Source: Amoebophrya sp. A120
Taxonomy: Eukaryota > Protista > Dinoflagellata
Assembly (NCBI GenBank): GCA_905178155.1
Contig: CAJINV010000002.1
Location: 8,810,225-8,874,224, forward strand
Length of the DNA stretch: 64,000 nucleotides
Direction: 5' to 3'
Each line of letters starts with the position of its first letter. Within the stretch, counting starts at the first letter, position 1. The position numbers and the translations under genes are program-made. Shown piece by piece: positions 63,429-64,000 of the stretch. The notes below the pieces were generated by a model, which ran no database searches, was not told the DNA's origin, and saw only the letters and a program-made list of their open reading frames with translations.

Positions 63429-64000
63429 GGGTGACGAGGGTCACTTCCGGCGCTGAAGAGACCCTCGTCACCGTTCCAACCCTCAGCATTCCTGGAACGG
63501 CTGGCGGGGTCATTTCCGGTCCGGAAGTGACCCTCGTCACCGTTCCTGGAACGGCTGGTGGGGTCACTTCCGGTCCGGAAGTGACCCTCGTCACCGTTCC
63601 ACCCGGCAGCATTCCTGGAACGGCTGGCGGGGTCACTTCCGGCCCGGAAGTGACCCTCGTCACCGTTCCTGGAACGGCTGGTCGGGTCACTTCCGGTCCG
63701 GAAGTGACCCTCGTCACCGTTCTTGGAACGGCTGGCGCCGAAAGAGGTGCACAACTTCAGCTGTACACCTCTTTTTGCGCGTCGAAAAGAGGTGTACAAA
63801 TCAGCAGCACACCGTCGCGGCAAGGCACGGGTGTGCACCTCTTTTCTTGGTCCGGCCAAAGGAGGCGCACACTCGATTTTGTACACCTCTTTTGGCCCGC
63901 CGAAAAGAGGTGTACAACTTCAGCTGTACACCTCTTTTTGCGCATCGAAAAGAGGTGTACAAATCAGCAGCACACCGTCGCGGCAAGGCACGGGTGTGCA
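63429..64000. repeat. Hairpin-rich tandem arrays: 54/69-bp units, then a ~163-bp unit; runs off the window
   Basis: GTGACCCTCG recurs at 63527, 63581, 63650 and 63704. AAAGAGGTGYACA alternates with its reverse complement from 63741 onward. Confidence 0.85.

Noticed and set aside
63429-64000. Possible CRISPR array
   Set aside because: The inter-repeat segments are themselves repeated (no unique spacers), there are no cas genes, and the context is eukaryotic.

Overview
This is eukaryotic genomic DNA. Every gene I can support is on the minus strand, and genes are split by short canonical introns and by non-canonical introns bounded by inverted and direct repeats ('introners'). That architecture is known from the parasitic dinoflagellate Amoebophrya (Syndiniales), so the organism call is an inference. 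Host genes include CCZ1, a Lys-type D-3-phosphoglycerate dehydrogenase, a TBC Rab-GAP, an ATP10-like protein, a peptidase S51-like protein, a DHHC palmitoyltransferase, a GT32 glycosyltransferase, a protein kinase, two ABC1/UbiB kinase paralogs and two Gly/Tyr-rich paralogs. The main discovery is a ~15.9-kb candidate DNA transposon (2746-18623) with 52-bp imperfect terminal inverted repeats (TIRs) and an exact 5-bp target-site duplication (TSD; ATCAG). It encodes a multi-exon ~1,800-aa DDE-like transposase candidate (D..D..DxxH..RF..E) with a very long unknown C-terminal extension, plus several orphan cargo genes. Its 5-bp TSD length matches that of the TIR introners in neighbouring genes, so it is a candidate autonomous partner for them. 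Also present are a recurrent non-coding 10-mer (GCATGACAAA), a Mutator/Foldback-like MITE with a 9-bp TSD and hairpin-rich tandem arrays. All protein assignments come from motif recognition by eye; no database search was run.
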